DNA from: Octopus sinensis
Lineage: Eukaryota
DNA: 64,000 nucleotides
NCBI RefSeq assembly: GCF_006345805.1
Contig: NC_043012.1
Coordinates: 29,450,001 to 29,514,000 of the forward strand
Reading direction: 5' to 3'
The translations under genes and the position numbers were made by a program. Shown in pieces: positions 1 to 15,632 of the stretch (the first letter of the stretch is position 1; each line of letters starts with the position of its first letter). Below the pieces are notes generated by a model. It worked only from the letters and a program-made list of their open reading frames with translations, had not been told where the DNA came from and searched no databases.

Positions 1-1794
1 CTTGCTAATTGCATAATCAGCAACCATGCACCTAATATATCCACAACCACCACCTCCACCACCACCTCCAACATAAATGATAAAAATGAAAATAACGCAA
101 ATACAATTAACAAAGACAACAACAACAACAAGAACAACAACAAAAATGAAATAAATATTTTACCATCAAATGGTGAAGATATTATCATAACAGATTCAAC
201 AATACCTGGAAAAACCACGTGCAAGAATATTTCGGATACAACAACAACACAAACACACAAAGACAACAACTGCCAGAATGTAAAAGTAAATTTCGCTGAC
301 ACTCTGCGTCAGAAAAAAGAAATTATACAGTTCACGAATGAAGAGTTGATAGAGACAAGATCACTCTTCACAACCCAAGGGCAAGATTTAGTATTGCATA
401 CATCTCAACACATAAAGGAACAAATAGAAAACCAATTATATATAAAATTTTTAAAAAACCCAAATAACAAAATGAACAGATCACAAAAACGGACATAGAA
501 AAGTGTGCAAAAAGCATAATGAAAGTAAAAGAATATATAAACTGGGGTCCCCAGTTTAATACAGTGGTGGTCCGCTTCCCTAACCAGGAAGTGGCAAAAG
601 CTCACTCTACCGAGTCTTTGGAAAATGATGAAATCATCATGGTACCATACTACAAGGCCAGAGAGTGAGTAAAATTACTATTAAAAATGTAGCCCCCCCC
701 CCCGAGATTCCTAACAAATGGATAACAGGGGCAATCTGTTACCATTTGAAAACTATAAATATTTTAAAGACTGCCGTATACCTAAACGATAATTTGGGGT
801 GGAAAAACAATAGTAGTAACCATCCAGATTGAGGGGGCCTCTATCGAGAACCTACCTGATAGGATCCACTTAGAAAATGGGCAAAGCCTATATGTTGTAG
901 CAGAAGGCAAAAAGCCTAGATGCTACAACTGTGGCAGCCCAGAACATTTAATTGCCAAGTGCGTTCTGGTACAGAGAAAACAAGAAAGAACAAATCAGAA
1001 AACAAACAAAAAACCTTTGTTGCCAACACCAACACCACACTCAATGATGGAACAATGCCAAGAAAAGACAACAAACCAGCAAACAAACCTCAACAACATC
1101 ACCAAGAAAAGAAACAGCACCAACACAATCAGCGTTGACGTCGCAACCAATTCAACATACTGAAACAACACCAAAAGATAGACCAACACAAGCACCAAGG
1201 ACGACAACAAAAAAACCCCCAAAAAACAGTGACGAGAAGACAAATTCTACCCCTAACACCCCAACAACACAAACACCGCACAAAACATCAACAATTTCTA
1301 CAAACATACATATTAACGCAAATGCTTTGCCTTTACCCCCTTCTGATTTGTCGGACGACGAAAGTTCGACAGAATGGCAAATAGCCACAGGGGGTAAAAG
1401 AAAAAGATAAAAAAACAAACAAACAAGAAAGCGCAACCAAAGCAGGGAGATACCTGAATCCTGAAAGCTCCACACACAACCAAACAAGCACCAACACCAC
1501 AAAAACACACACAATGCTATCAGCGATAGACACCAAAGACTCCAAACTAATGGAGTACATCACAGCCCACACAAACATCTGTGAAGATGACTTCAAAACT
1601 AACAACCATCCACGCACTACACCACCCAAACAATCAAAATACTACACATCACACAAACACAACACCACACAATCAAAGCCCTCTTTCCAAATGCGGTTGG
1701 GGGGTTCCAAAAATACCTGTCACAAAAACTCTATAAAAACCTCCAAGACACATCAAAGGACGAGGAAGCCAAAACTTTCGACACAAGTAAGTAA
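1..1794 (+). pseudogene. Tx1 ORF1 (gag-like nucleic-acid chaperone), frameshifted
   Basis: CYNCGSPEHLIAKC (CX2CX4HX4C) at 921-962; aligns with copy 2 ORF1; ends FDTSK-stop; several frameshifts in A/C runs. Confidence 0.85.
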
Positions 1795-1844
1795 CTCTCT
1801 GTACCTTCCTTTCTGTGTTTTAAAGCACATACCCCAATAAGATC

Positions 1845-4800
1845 ATGGTCAAGATTGGTTGTGTGAATGCGCGTGGCTTGGGGTCTCCTTGGAAGAAAGG
1901 ATACCTCCTAAATGACATCAAGTCACACGATTTGGGAATCATAGCCATAAGTGAGACCAGACTCAACGAGCCACGGGCTCTAAAGTCCATGTTTGGCGGA
2001 CAGTTTAACATTTATTTTGCTCCCTGTCTGCCGAAGATGGGCGGTAGTGGCACCGCGGTACTTTTTCACAAGAGCCTGGATCTCGAAGTCAAGACGATAT
2101 TCGTGAACCCGGAGGTTAGACTGGTCGTTCTGGATGTCGACGGCTGCAATGGGTGCGCTTTTCGACTCGTATCAGTCTACGCACCGGCTTTAACAGGTCG
2201 GCCGGATTTCTTTCGACGTCTAGAAGTATTCCTGGTAACGTCTCGTCCTTTACTTTTAGTGGGGGATTGGAATGCTACCTTGGACACGCATCTAGACTAT
2301 GTGGGGAGAGACAAAAACAGAAGGGGATGCAAATGCCTCAGAGACCTGCTCAGACGATTCCAACTGTCTGACACGTACCGACTCGACCACCCAAATGCAC
2401 CAACGTGGACATGGAGCAACCGCATTGGGTCGTCGAGATCGTATCTAGATAGGATACTGTGTAGGACAGTAGACAGGGATAATTTAGGATGTCCACAATT
2501 CCACACAGTCAGATACACGGATCACAAATTCGTGACGTGTACGCTAGACTTAGATAAAGCACATAGACAGGGTCCTGGTTACTGGAAACTAAATGCATCA
2601 TTCCCGTACAGACAGGTTTTCAGAGACGGAATCAACACGTTAGTAAAAAGGGCTTTAACGGGAGCCATTGTCAACTACAAATGGTGGTTCGCCCTCAAGA
2701 GAGCAGTAAAAGCGGAAGCAATTAGATATAGCAAGGCACTAGCCGTAGATAGAAATAGAGTGGAGGGTGTGTTAGTTAAGAAGTTAGAAGAGGCAATAAG
2801 AAGCGGCATCACATCCGACGTTTTAGCGGCGAGGTTGGCCCTTGACCAACACTTCAACGCCAAACACGAAGGGTGTGCTGTCAGGGCTAGGATGCGTGCT
2901 CTAAGGATGGAAGGTGTTGGAGCCGCGAGGGAGGCCCGGGTGGGGAGGCGCAACAGGGCAACAAAGCCACCATTCGGTCTCTGGTAGATGAACAAGGGCG
3001 CGAATTGCTCGAGCCCAGCAAGATGTGCGAGACATTTCAGCGGCAATTTGCCCGACTGTACGGGAGTGGCGAGCGTGAACGCAGGGTGGACTTCAGTGCT
3101 TACCTGCACAGCCTACCACGACTCTCGGCAAGAGAGGCAGAGTGCTGCGAAGGTGCCATCACGGCGGCGGATGTGCGGGACGCGATGGCAGAATGCTCGA
3201 GGGACAAATCGCCGGGTTTAGATGGTCTGTCCTACGAGCTTTACAATTGTATGCCAGACTTGTTTGGAGACGTCTTGGCAGCGGTATACTGCAACTGGCA
3301 GCAAAACGGGAGCATTCCCGGTTTTGTGAGTCGAGGAGCCGTAACGCTGCTAAGATCCAAACAAGGGGAACATTATAGATAGCTTTAGACCAATCACTCT
3401 GCTCAATGCAGACCTGAAAATTTTGACAAAGGTGTTAGCCGAGAGGTTGGCGCTTGTCATCGAGAAACTGGTCGACAACGCGCAAACATGCGCCGTGCCG
3501 GGTAGAAGTATTCATGACAACCCCCATCTGATGCGCTACATCATAGACAGGGTAGTTAAGAATCCTGGCATGGGTGGGGCGCTGATCAATTTGGATCAAT
3601 CAAAAGCTTTCGATAGGGTAGACCATCACTACTTGGAGGCTGTCCTTAGAGCGGCTGGTTTCGGTCCCGTCTTCCGCGGCTTGAATGCTGCCTTGTACAG
3701 AGGCATCCGTTCGGTAATTCGCGTAAATGGACATATATCGAGACCTTTCGACATTGCACGTTCGGTCCGTCAGGGATGCCCCCTCTCGGCGCTTCTATAC
3801 GTATTGACTCTCGAGCCACTACTGCGGAAGCTGGCGACTCTGAGGGGCATCCCGCGAGAATTGGGATGCGGGACGAGCGTGTCTGCATATGCGGACGACG
3901 TCACTGTCATAGTGTCTAGCCACGAGCACATCGAGCTGATCGGCGAGACACTGAAAGACTACGAAGCGGTGACAGGTGCAAAAATCAACCGGGAAAACTC
4001 AGTGGGCTTGCGGCTCGGCACCTGGAGACGCAAGCCCATGCCGTCCACCAGTACCTCCGTCGTGGGACGCTGGGCGGACGGCCCGGTTACGTTGCTCGAG
4101 GTCTGGTTCGGTCCGGACCTCCAAATGGAGAACTGGAACGAGATAACGTGTAGGGTGGTCACTCTCTCCCGGCAATGGGACGAGGGGAAACTGTCCCTAA
4201 AAGGTCGGGCGGAGGTGGCGAACCCGTACATCGCGTCCATCATCTACTACCGCCTGACCGTCGTACCTTGTCCCGACCCTACCATCACCAAACTAGAACG
4301 CATACTCTTCCGCTGCTTGTGGAAAAAATGCGTCCCGATGGTCAGGCGATCCATTTGCTGTCAACACCCGTTAAAAGGAGGACTGGGCATGCCGTGGTTG
4401 ATGATGCGCAGACATCTCCGGCTCTATGTAGACGACGGTGAACAGGTGTGGTCGCCGTTTGTGAGGCACGCTTTCCCGCAGCTAGTTTCCATGACCGAAC
4501 TGCAATCGTGGATCAAAAAGAGGCCGAGGAAGGGCGAATGGCACCGCGAGTGTCGCGTTGCTCTCAAGCAACTCTGCCGTCCCGGGTCGACCTTGAGTGA
4601 CTTCAACACAACCAAAGTATTCTATAGGGGATTAGTGGAGGAGAGGTACGACGACGATCTTGGGGCAAACCTGGGCGTCGACGAGGAATACCTGACCCGC
4701 CTGTTTCAAACGACTTTCGGGCCGTTACCTATGGACAACTTCCAGAGATCCCTGGCCTGGCGGTGCTACCGAGAAGCGCTATCCGTTCGGGATAAGCTCT

Positions 4801-5252
4801 ATAGGCATGGCTCGAGAAACACGGGGCCGACCTGCCCGAGATGCGGGCAGAGCGACGAAACCGCTCTGCACGCAATCGTGCAGTGTCCAGCAATTTCCGA
4901 CCTGTGGGCTTATGTCGAACGACTGCTGTCATGTGTGGGACGTGTCGGTTTATCAGCCGAGTCTATCGTTAATATCGTCACGCCTCCTTCCTTCAAACGG
5001 GATGGAAGAGCTATTTTTATCATACTTGTGGCTATGGCGAAAGAATGTATCTGGTGGACGCGCTTGAAAGGATTAGAGACAAACACTTTCCTCTCTGGTC
5101 AATCTCTCATCAACTTCTTCAAGTATCACTTGAAAAGGAAAGTGAGAGTAGAGAGGCAAGTTTTGTCCAGTGAATGTTTAAAAAAATGATGGGTGAATGT
5201 AGCAAGGATGGCACGTATGAATGACGAAGCAACCATGACTATGATTCTATGA
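1845..5252 (+). pseudogene. Tx1 ORF2: APE endonuclease + reverse transcriptase + C-terminal zinc finger, frameshifted
   Basis: APE motifs NARGL, ISET, GDWN, SYLDR, TDH; RT motifs KSPGLDG, DQSKAFDRV, RQGCPLS, YADD; CPRC...H...C; split across track ORFs 1845-2987, 3005-3382, 3423-5189. Confidence 0.93.
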
Positions 5253-5644
5253 ACCGTAAAAATGAATACAGAGAGTTGCTTATTTGCAAAAAAAAAGAAA
5301 AAAGAAGAAATATAACATGTGACTTCATTGACCGAGGTTACCGTGGTCTTTTCCGTAGGCTTTTCTTTCCACGGGTAAACCTCACCTGTCCTCCCCTTTA
5401 CACTTCATATTGACATTTCTGTGATAACGATCCCTATTGATCAATTTTTTTTCCTTTCCCTTTTTTTTCCTCTCCGCCATCTTTTTTTTTAATTTTCTTC
5501 TCCCCCTTTTTTTGTCCTCTTTCTTTCCCTTTACGATCCCTTTTGATCGAAAACCAACCCCCCTTTTTTTTACCCCCAAAAGAAAAGCTCTACCTTGTAA
5601 TTTGTCTTGTCTGTGTGCAGCCCTGTGTGGCTAATAAAGAAACA

Positions 5645-5966
<322 letters not shown>

Positions 5967-6379
5967 TTTTCATAGTATTCGTTGACAGATCGGCTCGTAA
6001 GTTAACTACTTATTTTATTGTGTTTCTCGAAAAGTTTCGTTGTAAATTTTGCACACGGAGTGTGTAAGACACCCAGCTGTCGTTTGGGTGTGTTTTCCGG
6101 AGGGGATTTTGCCCCTAGGGGCACTTTCAGCCTCAAATATATTTCACAATTTTTGCTGCAATAACTTGTTTTTTAACATAATGTCGGCGAAGCGTTTCTA
6201 GTAAATTACGAACGCTGTTCTCTCTCTCTCGTTTGTATCCATTGTTTACGTTCTAAATTGTCGTAGTGTTTTAACTTTTCAAACGCCCAACTTTCGTTTG
6301 AGCCTTTTTAATATAGAAATCGCCCATAAGGGCATTTTCAATCTATTTTTATTTTTTTCTCTTGAAATAAAAAATAATA

Positions 6380-8237
6380 ATGTCAAGAAATCTTATGCTG
6401 GAAAAATATTCTACTATATTTTCTGAAAAAGACTTTCCCAGTTTGCAAAATACAATAGGCAAACGTGCTGACAGTAAAATGGATAATACTGAAACCAGCA
6501 CCACCAGCACCACCAACATAAATGATAAAAATGAAACTGACGCAAATACCATTAACAACACCAACAACAAGAATAACAACAAAAATGAAATAAATATTAT
6601 ATCATCTAATAGTGAAGATATTAACGTAACAAAATCAACAGTACCTGAAAAAGCCACGTCCAAGAATATTTCGGATACAACAACAAAAACACACAACGAC
6701 AACAACTGCCAGAATATAAAAGTAAATTTCGCTGACACCATAAAAAAGAAATAAAATTTACAAATGAAGAGTTAATAGAGACGAGAGCACTCTTTACAAC
6801 CCAAGGGCAGGATTTAGTATTGCATACACCTCAACACATAAAGGAACAAATAATAAACAAAACGATTATATCTAAAATTATTAAAAAAAACAAAAAACAA
6901 AATGAACAGATATCAAAAACGGACATAGAAAAGTGTGCAAAAAACATCATGAAAAAAATAGAATATACAAACTGGGGTCCCCAGTTTAATACAGTGGTGG
7001 TCCGCTTCCCTAACCAGGAAGTGGCAAAAGCCCACTCGACAGAAACTTTACAAAACGATGAACTAATAATGATTCCTTATTACAGAAACCAAAGAATCAG
7101 TAAAATTAAAATAAAAAATGTACCACCGGAGATACCTAACAAATGGATAACAGGAGCAATCTGTTACCATTTAAAAACAATAAATATTTTAGAAATTGCC
7201 GTATACAAAAACGACAATTGGGGTGGTAAATCGATAGAAGTTACCATCCAGATTGATGGGTCCTCTATCGAGAACCTACCTGATAAGATTCTTTTAGAGA
7301 ATGGGTAAAGCCTATATGTTGTAGCAGAAGGTAAAAAGCCAAGATGCTACAACTGTGGCAGCCCAGAACATTTAATTGCAAAGTGCGTTCTGGGACAGAA
7401 AAAACAAGAAAGAACAAATCAGAAAACAAACAAAAAACCTTTGTTGCCAACACCAACACCACACTCAATGATGGAACAATGCCAAGAAAAACAACAAACC
7501 AGCAAACAAACCTCAACAACATCACCAAGAAAAGAAACAGCACCAACACAATCACTGTTGATGTCGCAACCAATTCAACATACTGAAACAACACCAAAAG
7601 ATAGACCTACACCAGCACCAAGGACGACAACAAAGAAAAAACAGAAAACAGTGACGAGAAGACAAATTCTACCCCTAACACTACAACAACACAAACACCG
7701 TACAAAACATCAACAATTTCTACAAACATATATATTAACGCAAATGCTTTGCCTTTACCCCCTTCTGATTCGTCGGACTCGTCGTCCAACGACGAAAGTT
7801 CGACGGAATGGCAAATAGCCACAGGGGGTAAAAGGAAAAGATTAAAAAAAAGCCCACCAAACAAGTAAGTAAAGCAGGGAGATATTTAACTCCGGACAGC
7901 ATCCCTTTAGACAATCAAAAAAATCAATGACCCCGCAAAACCACACACACAACTAACAGCAATAGACACAGACAATAAAAATCTAATGGATTACATTGCA
8001 TCCAACACGAACATCTGTGAAGATGACTTTAAGACAAATAATCATCCGCGCACTACACCACCGAAACACATAAGAATTGTACACATAACACAAACACAAC
8101 ACCATACACTGAAAACCATATTTCCAAATGCGGTAGGGGGGTTTCAAAGATACCTCTCAAAAAAACTATTCAAACACCTCCTCAAAGACACTACAAAAGA
8201 AGAAGAAAAAACTGAAACTTTCGAAATGAGTAAGTGA
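6380..8237 (+). pseudogene. Tx1 ORF1, disrupted
   Basis: ATG 6380; knuckle CYNCGSPEHLIAKC 7345-7386; TAA at 7306-7308 where copy 1 has CAA; ends FEMSK-stop. Confidence 0.85.
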
Positions 8238-8297
8238 CTCTTGCCTCTTGTCTCTTCCAGTGTAGTGTGTGAAACACAAATTTCTTAAACGTCAATT

Positions 8298-11200
8298 ATG
8301 CTTAAATTAGGTTGTGTGAATGCGCGTGGCTTGGCGTCGGCTTGGAAACAAGGTTACCTTCTAAACGACATCAAGTCACTGAACGTGGATATAGTAGCTA
8401 TCAGTGAAACCAGAATCAGCAAGCCGCGGGCCCTCGAGTCCATGTTTGGCAATCAATTCGACATTTATTTTTCTCCCTGTCTGCCGAACATTGGGGGTGG
8501 AAGTACCACAGTGCTTTTTCGAAAGAGCCTAAATGTAAAAGTAAGAACAATATTCCTAGACCCGGAGGGTAGGCTGGTTGCCTTGGACGTGGATGGCAGA
8601 AATGGGTGTGCATTCCGTCTGATGGCAGTTTATGCACCGTCCTTAACGGGTCGGGCGGATTTCTTCAGACGTCTAGAGGTTTTCCTGGGTACGTCTAGAC
8701 CTTTACTGTCAGTAGGGGATTGGAACGCTACCTTGGACACGCATCTAGATTATGTGGGAATGGATAGGAATAGAAGGAGGTGTAAGTGCCTCAAAGACCT
8801 ACTCAGACGTTTCCATTTGTCTGACAGGTTCCGACTCGACCATCCGAACGTGCCAACGTGGACTTGGACAAACCGCGTCGGATCGTCGAGATCTTATCTA
8901 GATAGAATTCTATGCAGGACAGCGGATAGGGTTAGTGTAGGATGTCCACAATTTAAAATAGTCAGCTACACAGATCCCAAATTTGTGATGTGTACGCTCG
9001 ACTTAGATAAGACACATAGACAGGGTCCCGGTTACTGGAAACTGAACACGTCACTCTTAGCGCGACAGGTTTACAGGAACCGGGTTAGCGAGTTAATTAA
9101 GAGGGCGCTGGTGGGAGCCGTCGTTAACAACCGCTGGTGGTTCGCCCTGAAAATGGCAATAAAATCGGAATCAATTAGGTTTAGCAAGGAATTTGCGTTA
9201 GATCGAAATAGAGTAGAGGGAGACCTGGTTAAGAAACTAGAAGAGGCACTTACCACTGGCAGCGCAACCAACGTGCTGGCTGCGAGGATGGCCCTCGACC
9301 AAAACCTCAACGCCAAGCACGAAGGTTGCGTCGTCAGAGCTAAAATGCGTGCCTTAAGGAACGAAGGGATCGAAGCTGCGCGAGAGGCCCGGGTAGCGGA
9401 GGCGCAGCGTGGAAACAGAGCCACCATTCGGTCTCTAATAGATCAACAGGGATGCAGTTTACTCGAATCCGAAAGGATGTGTGAGGCCTTTCAACAGCAC
9501 TTTGCTCGACTGTTTGGTGCGAGTGGTGGGTCGGAACGCGGGATGGATTTCAGTGCCTACCTGACCGACCTGCCGCGACTCTCGGCAGGAGAAGCGGAGT
9601 GTTGTGAAAGTTCCATCACAGCTGTTGACGTGCGGGATGCGATGGCGGGCTGCGCGAGGGATAAGTCGCCTGGATTGGTTGGTTTACCCTACGAGCTGTA
9701 TTGTCAAATGCCAGACTTATTTGGCGACCTCTTGGCATCAGTCTACTGCAACTGGCAACAAAACGGGAGAATCCCCGGTTTTGTGAGCCGAGGTGCAGTG
9801 ACGTTGCTGAAGAAAGACCTAAACAAGGGGAATTTTATAGATAATTTCAGGTCCATCACTCTGCTCAACGCAGATTTGAAAACTTTGGCCAAAGTAATAG
9901 CCGAGAGGTTGGCGCTTGTCATTGGTAAACTGGTCGACAGGGTGCAAACATGCGCCGTGCCGGGCAGAACCATACATGACAACCTCCATCTGATGCGCTA
10001 CATTGTGGACAGGGTAGTTAAGGATCCTGGCATGGGTGGGGCGCTGATCAATTTGTATCAGTCTAAAGCCTTCGATGGGGTCGACCATCGGTACTTGGCG
10101 GCTGTCCTCAGGGCGGCTGGCTTCGGTCCCGTCTTCCGCGGTTGGATCGCTGCCTTGTATAGCGGCATCCGATCGGTGATTCGGGTGAACGGTCACCTGT
10201 CGAAACCGTTTGACATCACGCGTTCGGTCCGTCAGGGGTGTCCCCTGTCGGCGCTTCTGTATGTATTGACTCTCGAGCCGCTACTGCGGAAGCTGGCGAC
10301 ACTGAGGGGCATCCCACGGGAACTGGGTTGCGACACGAGCGTGTCGGCATATGCGGACGATGTCACCGTCATAGTATCGAGCGACAAGCACATCCAGATG
10401 ATAGGCGAGACACTAAGAAAATACGAAACGGTGACGGGAGCGAAGGTTAACCCGGAAAAGTCAGTGGGTTTGCTACTTGGCACCTGGAGAAGCAAGCCCA
10501 TGCCGTCCGACTGCGGCTCAGTAGTGGGATGCTGGACGGACGGACCGGTTAAATTGCTCGGGGTCTGGTTCAGTCCGGACCTACAAATGGATAAGAACTG
10601 GGACGAGATCACGAGTAGAGTGGTCGCTCTCAGCCAAACATGGGCCGAGAGAAAGCTGTCTCTAAAAGGTCGGGCGGAGGTGGCGAACGCGTACATCGCA
10701 TCCGTCATCGATTACCGCCTGACCGTCGTGCCTTGTCCCGACGCCACCATCACCAAAATGGAACGCATACTCTTCCGCTTCCTGTGGAAGCGTGGCGTTC
10801 CGATGGTGAGGAAGTTCATTTGCTGTCAACATCCGTTGAATGGAGGACTGGGCATGCCGTGGTTGATGGTGCGCAGGCATGCGCTGAGACTGCGACATCT
10901 CTGGAACTTCATCGATGACGGTGAACAGGTGTGGGCGCCGTTTGTGAGGCGCGCCTTCCCGCAGCTCGTCTCACTGACCTAACTGCAAACATGGATCAAG
11001 AAGAGACCGAAACTGGGCGATTGGCACCGAGAGTGTCGCCAAGCTCTACAGCAACTCTGCCGACCGGGGTCAAACTTGTGCAACTTACAAACGACTAAAG
11101 CGTTCTAGTGGAGGGGAGGTCCGACGACACACTCGGGGCAAACCTGGGCGTCGACGAGAAATTCTTAACCCGCCTGTTCAGGACGACGTTCGAGCCGGGG

Positions 11201-11729
11201 CCTATGGATAACTTCCAGAAATCCCTGGCTTGGCAATGCTATCGAGACGCACTACCTTATTCGAGAGAAGAGCTACAGGCACGGTTCGAAAACCATCACC
11301 GGACCGACCTGCCCGAGATGCGGTCAGAGCGACGAAACCGTTCTACACGCACTCGTGCAGTGTCCAGATATTTCAGAGCTGTGGACCTTTGTCAAACAGC
11401 TGTTGTCGCGTGTAGGACGGGCCCGCTTATCGGCCGAATCTATCGTGAATATTGTTCCACCACCTTCCTTTAAACGGGAAGGGAAAACGGTTTTCGTTAC
11501 GCTGATGGCTATGGCGAAAGAATGTGTGTGGTGGACGCGTTTGAAAGGACTGCAAACAAACACCTTCCTCTCTGGTCAGTCTCTCGTCAACTTTTACAAG
11601 TACCACTTGAAAAGGAGGATGAGAATAGAGCGGAAGGCTTTGTCGAACGAATGTTTTAATAAAAAGTGGGTAAAAGTGGCAAAAATGGTCAGTATGAAAG
11701 ACGACACTATTTTAAGCGTAAATCTGTAA
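8298..11729 (+). pseudogene. Tx1 ORF2 (APE-RT-ZnF); 894-aa open stretch, then premature stop and indels
   Basis: All APE and RT motifs including YADD; TAA at 10980-10982 where copy 1 has GAA; CPRCGQSDETVLHALVQC downstream. Confidence 0.94.
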
Positions 11730-12026
11730 CCAAAAGAGACGAGAGGTAAGGCGACTTACACATGTGTTCATTTTCGAACTGTCTGAGGTGACCTTGGTCT
11801 TTTTTGTAGGTTTTTCTTTCCAGGGCTACACCTAAACTGTGAACTTTATTTATATATATATATATATATATATAATATTTTTATACGCCACACAACCCAC
11901 AGATCCCTATTGATCGAACGTTTTTTTCTTTGTGTCCCACCCATCCCACCTCGAAAAAAAAAAACTCTACATTGTATTCGACCATTTTTATTCTGTGTTT
12001 AGCCCTGTGTGGCCACAATAAAAAAG

Positions 12027-12710
<684 letters not shown>

Positions 12711-13106
12711 TAAGTAGGTCACCTCTCCTGTTACCGAACTCTAAACAGCAGCGACCCCTATGTAAGTGATATCGTTGATGTCTCCTCTTTCATACACGGT
12801 TTACTATATATCATATATCGCACCCACTGGATCATTCTAGAACCTTCCACCAGGGTGGTCACATCAGGCCTAACGAGATGCTTTTTACAGATGGACCATT
12901 AGGATGGATTTCTGGTTGTGTTAGAGTCGGGTAGCAATACCGGGGTATTGTACTCTCTCACTTCAAGGTGACACTCTAGTAACATGCAGGGATATATCTA
13001 TAAACATACAAACATACACACACGTACATACGTACATACATACAAATCTACAAACATATACATATATACATACATATATGCATACATGCATATATGAATG
13101 TACATC

Positions 13107-13213
<107 letters not shown>

Positions 13214-13272
13214 CTCTCTCTCTCTCTCTCTCTCCCTCTCTCTCTCTCTATGTATGTATGTATGTATGTATG

Positions 13273-13327
<55 letters not shown>

Positions 13328-14482
13328 ATACAGTTTGTGAGATTACGTATCTATATGTATTTGTGTGTGTGTGTATATATGTGCATACACAGATAAATAC
13401 ATGTATATCTATATATATATAGACATATATATACATACACATACACATACGCACATATATATACACACAGACACATGCACATATATATCTATACATACGC
13501 ATACATATAAATATAGATACATATATTTAATGTATGTATATATGAATATAAATAACTACTTTATTTATTCATAACCCCTTCCCCATATATATATATGTGT
13601 GTGTGTGTGTGTGGTGTGTGTGTGTGTGTATGTGTGTATGTATATATATATATATACACTCGCACCAACATGCGGAGTTATCCGGATTTCTCGATGCCAA
13701 GTGTGTAGAATACATTTTCTTAAAATTAATTTAGGTTTTATTTTTCGAGAATATCTGCATGCCAATATCAGGAGGAAATTATTTGAAAGACAAGAAATTC
13801 ATTGCAAATATGAAGAAAGAAAGAAACGAAGAACTCCCTCTCCTTCCCTAAAAAAATAAGGGGGTGGGTTTCGTAGTCGTCTCTACATCTTAGAAAATGT
13901 ATCTCTGAAAAAAAAAACAATCATTAGAAATATGCATTATTTTACAAGTTATATGGAAAGAAATTCGGCGGTGGGAGCACTAAAATGTAGTTTCAACATC
14001 TGCATATATGTAGCGTTATCTGATTTGACAAGTTTGTGCAAACAAGCTTCTTTAATTTGTTTGCAACCATCGAAACATATGTCGATGATATGAAGATATA
14101 AATGATTTAACAACATCTTGAGCGTTTGTCCCCATTTTCAATTTTTCCTATGTTCTCCTAAATACGTCTCATTTCTCACCGTGATTAACTCCTACACAAG
14201 CGTGATCATCGATTCCTGGGACACTTTATTGACATTTGGCTACTTTGTAATTACGTCCTTGGATCTTTCCTACATAATATACATACATACATAGAGATAT
14301 AGAGAGATAGAAATAGGTACATAGCCAATATAAACATGGTATGTATATATATATATATATATATATATAGTAAATCCCCCACTAAAAATAAAAGGAGGGA
14401 CAAACACAAAACAAAAAGAAACAACGCGAGGATGTGGTACTTGTAAAATATTAGCTGACGCTCAGGGAAGGAAAGAAAGAGG

Positions 14483-14517
14483 ATTTAACATTTCGAGCAA
14501 CGCTCTTCTTCAGAAAC
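14483..14517 (-). ncRNA. Minimal type I hammerhead ribozyme in a probable Penelope-like terminal-repeat relic (~14370-14580)
   Basis: Minus strand GUUU-CUGAAGA-A-GAGC guu GCUC-GAAA-UG-UU-AAAU; short stem I, minimal stem III. Confidence 0.65.
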
Positions 14518-14605
14518 AGAGGAACGTCCAATAGAAAGGAAGACGGAGGAATAAAATCGCCAACGATTCACATGTGATTACATTTAGATAGATAAATAGA
14601 CAGAC

Positions 14606-14640
<35 letters not shown>

Positions 14641-15139
14641 GAGAGGAGAGAGAGAGAGAGAGAGAGAGGGATCGATAGGTAATTTAAGTGTGGTGTATTG
14701 AGCGACAAAGCAAAACTATTTACTTGCACGTAAATCCACGTAACGGGCTTCCAAACCGTTCTCCATGTTTCCTTCACAAGGTCTCGGTCAACCTGAGACT
14801 ATGCAAAGTTATATTCACCTTAGATGCCATCAACTTGAGGTCTCGCCGTTGTGAAGCAAGTTTCCTGGCGATGCTGCACTACAGGCCGCCGCCGCCCCCA
14901 CACATCTACACGTACACAGACATGTATATTATATATAAATGTGTGTATATATATATATATATATATTATATATAATATATATATATATATATAATATTAT
15001 ATATATGCATATATACATACATACATGCATACATACATGCATGTATATATGTACACACTCGCATACACACACACACACACATACATATATAATACATATG
15101 TGTGTGTGTGTGTATATATATATCACTCACTCACTATTT

Positions 15140-15183
<44 letters not shown>

Positions 15184-15184
15184 A

Positions 15185-15564
15185 CTAGCAGTATCACCCG
15201 GCGTTGCTCGGGTTTGTAAGGGAAATAACTATAAAGCATTTTTAGAGAGTTATAGCCCAAAAATAGCAAAAAAAATGGGAAAAAATTATGGGAAATTTTT
15301 TTTTAGAGTTAAAAAGATCGAGTTGCGTCCCCTAGACAGTCTGTGGTTTGTGTTTCTGATTCTAGACCCCATGTCGAATTTATCGATTTTTTTCAGAACT
15401 GGGGGAACTTTTCAAAATTTTCGCAGCGTTAGTTTGAATTATGACATGGGCTATGTGTGTGTCAAGTTTCATCAGAATCGGTGAAAGCCGTGGTCAGAGT
15501 GAGGGTACGAGAAACAGACACACAGACACACAGACAGACAAAATGCCGTTTATATAGAGAGAGA
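15185..15564 (-). mobile_element. Non-autonomous Helitron
   Basis: Minus strand starts TC, ends CTAG, sits between A and T; subterminal hairpin ACCCGAGCAACGCCGGGT about 10 nt from the 3' end. Confidence 0.8.
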
Positions 15565-15584
15565 TAATATATCATCACTATTAT

Positions 15585-15632
<48 letters not shown>

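Larger units (their letters stand above)
1..5644 (+). mobile_element. Tx1-clade (L1 group) non-LTR retrotransposon, copy 1; 5' end outside window, inactivated
   Basis: ORF1 with CCHC knuckle, then APE-RT-zinc-finger ORF2, then 3' UTR ending GCCCTGTGTGGCTAATAAAGAAACA directly before (TATC)n; colinear with copy 2. Confidence 0.93.

Noticed and set aside
8298-10982. 894-aa ORF2 as an active retrotransposase
   Set aside because: Premature stop before the zinc finger, TDH>TDP change in the APE catalytic motif, D>Y at the first RT aspartate (LYQSKAFD), and a broken ORF1
13655-14270. Possible Tc1/mariner MITE
   Set aside because: The sequence style is suggestive but I could not identify matching TIRs
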